Source: an uncultured Methanosarcinales archaeon (GTDB taxonomy: Archaea > Nanobdellota > Nanobdellia > Woesearchaeales > ARS49). Taken from it: a stretch of DNA of 64,000 nucleotides. The position numbers and the translations under genes were made by a program. The stretch covers positions 322,774 through 386,773 of the forward strand of contig CAZJXP010000001.1 in the NCBI GenBank assembly GCA_964550175.1. Direction: 5' to 3'. This document shows, in pieces, positions 61,798-64,000 of this stretch. The stretch's first letter is position 1, and the number at the start of each line of letters is the position of its first letter. A model generated the notes under the pieces. The model ran no database searches. It was not told the DNA's origin and was given only the letters and a program-made list of their open reading frames with translations.

Positions 61798-64000
61798 ATG
61801 GTGGCCCGCGACAACAAGTTCGTTCTCTGGTTCGATGAGCTCGCTATTGAAGACATTCCGTTGGTGGGCGGCAAGAACGCGTCATTAGGTGAAATGTACC
61901 GGTTGCTCACGCCCAAAGGCGTCCGCATCCCGAACGGGTTCGCAATCACGGCGCACGCGTACCGATACCTTCTCGAAAAAGCGAACCTCGGGCCGGCCAT
62001 CAAAGCCATCCTCAAAGACTTGAACGTCAAGGACATGCGCAACCTGGCCGAACGCGGACAGAAAATCCGCGAACTCATCCACCACGCCGAATTCCCGGAA
62101 GAGCTGAAATCAATCATTTCCGACTCCTACCACGCGCTGTGCAAAGACTACGGGCCGAACACGGACGTGGCGGTCCGCTCGTCCGCGACAGCCGAAGACT
62201 TGCCTGACGCCAGTTTTGCGGGCCAGCAAGAGACATTCCTCAACATCCGCGGAACTGAAGACTTGTTGGAAGCCTGCCGAAAATGCTTCGCCTCACTGTT
62301 CACCAATCGGGCCATCGCCTACCGCGTCGAAAAGAAATTCGACCACTTTAAAGTCGCCCTGAGCATCGGCGTGCAAAAAATGGTGCGCTCAGACATGGCA
62401 TGCTCGGGCGTCATGTTCACCGTGGACACGGAAACCGGATTCAAGGACGTCGTGTTCGTAACCGCGAGCTACGGGCTCGGCGAGAACATCGTCCAAGGGG
62501 CCGTCAACCCGGACGAATACTTCGTGCACAAGCCGACGCTCAAAGATGGATTTAAGCCGATTGTGAAAAAATCTCTTGGCGAAAAGACCATCAAGATGAT
62601 TTACACCGAAGAGGGCACGAAGACGACGAAGAACGTGCCCGTAGCGATTGGAGATAGACGAAAGTTCTGTTTGAACGACGAAGAAATTCTGTTACTTGCC
62701 AACTGGGGCTGCATCATCGAAGACCACTACACCCACAAGAAAGGGCACTGGAGCCCAATGGACATCGAATGGGCGAAGGACGGACGCACAAATCAATTAT
62801 TCATCGTGCAAGCCCGACCGGAGACCATCCAAAGCAGACGCAATCAAAGCATCATCGAAGAATACCGGCTCAAAGGAAAAGGGACTGTGCTGTGCCAAGG
62901 AAAGAGCGTCGGCAGCAAAATCGCTGCTGGAACGGCTCAAGTCTTGCACGAAGCCAAAGACATCCGGCATTTTACTCCTGGCGATGTACTTGTCACGGAA
63001 ATGACCGACCCTGACTGGGTGCCCATCATGCGCGTCGCGAAAGCAATCGTGACGAACCGAGGCGGAAGAACGTGCCATGCGGCCATCGTTTCGCGCGAGC
63101 TTGGAATTCCTTGCGTGGTCGGCACAAACGACGCTACAGAGCGAATAAAGTCAGGACAAAAAGTCACCGTGAGCTGCGCCGAAGGAGAGGACGGACGGGT
63201 TTATTCTGGACTGATTCCGTTCGAAAAGAAAGTCATCGACGCCAGCAAACTAGCCAAGCCCAAAACAAAAATCATGATGAACGTCGGCAACCCGGACGAG
63301 GCGTTCAACCTCAGCTTCATCCCGAACGACGGCGTCGGGCTGGCGAGAATGGAGTTCATCATCATCAACAACATCCGCGTACATCCGATGGCGCTCATCC
63401 ATTTCAACAAGCTCACCGATGAAAAAGTCAAATCAGAAATCGAAGAGATAACGCGCGGCTACAAGAACAAGCCCGACTTCTTCGTGGACAAGCTCGCTGA
63501 GGGAATCGCCACCATCGGCGCGGCGTTCTACCCTAAAGATGTCATCGTCAGAATGAGCGACTTCAAGACGAACGAATACGCCGGCTTGATCGGCGGCACG
63601 CAGTTCGAGCCGAAGGAAGAGAACCCGATGATTGGCTGGCGAGGGGCGTCACGCTACTACAAAGAGGGCTACCAAGAAGGATTCGCGTTAGAATGCACAG
63701 CTATCAAGAAAGTCCGCGACGAGATGGGACTCACCAATGTCAAGGTCATGATTCCCTTTTGCCGCACGATCAAGGAAGGAAAGAACGTCTTGAATGTCAT
63801 GAGCTCCCACGGATTGGTGCGGCACAAGAATGGGCTGCAGGTGTACGTCATGTGCGAAATCCCGGCAAACGTAATTTTGGCGGAACAGTTCGGCGAAATC
63901 TTCGACGGATTCAGCATCGGCTCGAACGATTTAACGCAACTTACTTTAGGGGTTGACCGCGACTCGGCGTTAGTGGCGGACGTCTACGACGAACGCAACG
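61798..64000 (+). CDS. ppsA: phosphoenolpyruvate synthase (runs off window end)
   Basis: Not in ORF track. VGGKNASLGEM, AVRSSATAEDLPDASFAGQQET, QARPET, GGRTCHAAIVSRELG, FSIGSNDLTQ. Confidence 0.97.
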   Translation, partial: MVARDNKFVLWFDELAIEDIPLVGGKNASLGEMYRLLTPKGVRIPNGFAITAHAYRYLLEKANLGPAIKAILKDLNVKDMRNLAERGQKIRELIHHAEFPEELKSIISDSYHALCKDYGPNTDVAVRSSATAEDLPDASFAGQQETFLNIRGTEDLLEACRKCFASLFTNRAIAYRVEKKFDHFKVALSIGVQKMVRSDMACSGVMFTVDTETGFKDVVFVTASYGLGENIVQGAVNPDEYFVHKPTLKDGFKPIVKKSLGEKTIKMIYTEEGTKTTKNVPVAIGDRRKFCLNDEEILLLANWGCIIEDHYTHKKGHWSPMDIEWAKDGRTNQLFIVQARPETIQSRRNQSIIEEYRLKGKGTVLCQGKSVGSKIAAGTAQVLHEAKDIRHFTPGDVLVTEMTDPDWVPIMRVAKAIVTNRGGRTCHAAIVSRELGIPCVVGTNDATERIKSGQKVTVSCAEGEDGRVYSGLIPFEKKVIDASKLAKPKTKIMMNVGNPDEAFNLSFIPNDGVGLARMEFIIINNIRVHPMALIHFNKLTDEKVKSEIEEITRGYKNKPDFFVDKLAEGIATIGAAFYPKDVIVRMSDFKTNEYAGLIGGTQFEPKEENPMIGWRGASRYYKEGYQEGFALECTAIKKVRDEMGLTNVKVMIPFCRTIKEGKNVLNVMSSHGLVRHKNGLQVYVMCEIPANVILAEQFGEIFDGFSIGSNDLTQLTLGVDRDSALVADVYDERN

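Overview
Chromosomal segment of a DPANN-type archaeon, most consistent with Woesearchaeota. This is inferred from archaeal informational genes, a divergent archaeal 16S and an archaeal S-layer gene. It holds a partial S-layer gene, six tRNAs (including an intron-containing tRNA-Ile with a rare UAU anticodon) and a 16S-tRNA(Ala)-23S operon whose 23S carries a 402-nt ORF-less group I intron. Housekeeping genes include ftsY, pfdA, scpA, kae1, lonB, rpoL/E, spt4, uL1/uL10/P1, cca, nurA and a partial ppsA. Several genes are bacterial-type (idi type 1, rsmE, dsbB, dedA). A low-GC island with a Dam-family methylase follows the 23S, then a nuclease and a toxin-antitoxin pair. The most unusual signals are non-coding. 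(1) About 19 dispersed copies of a ~70-90 bp REPIN/MITE-like element, one in-frame inside ftsY and two interrupted at the same base by GTAC-footed hairpins. (2) Two clusters of 11-bp-phased TCCCAGGA repeats beside three winged-helix genes, flanked by long non-coding regions (candidate partition or origin locus). (3) A tRNA-Ile acceptor-stem mimic. Annotations are by eye, without database searches; rRNA ends and repeat boundaries are approximate.
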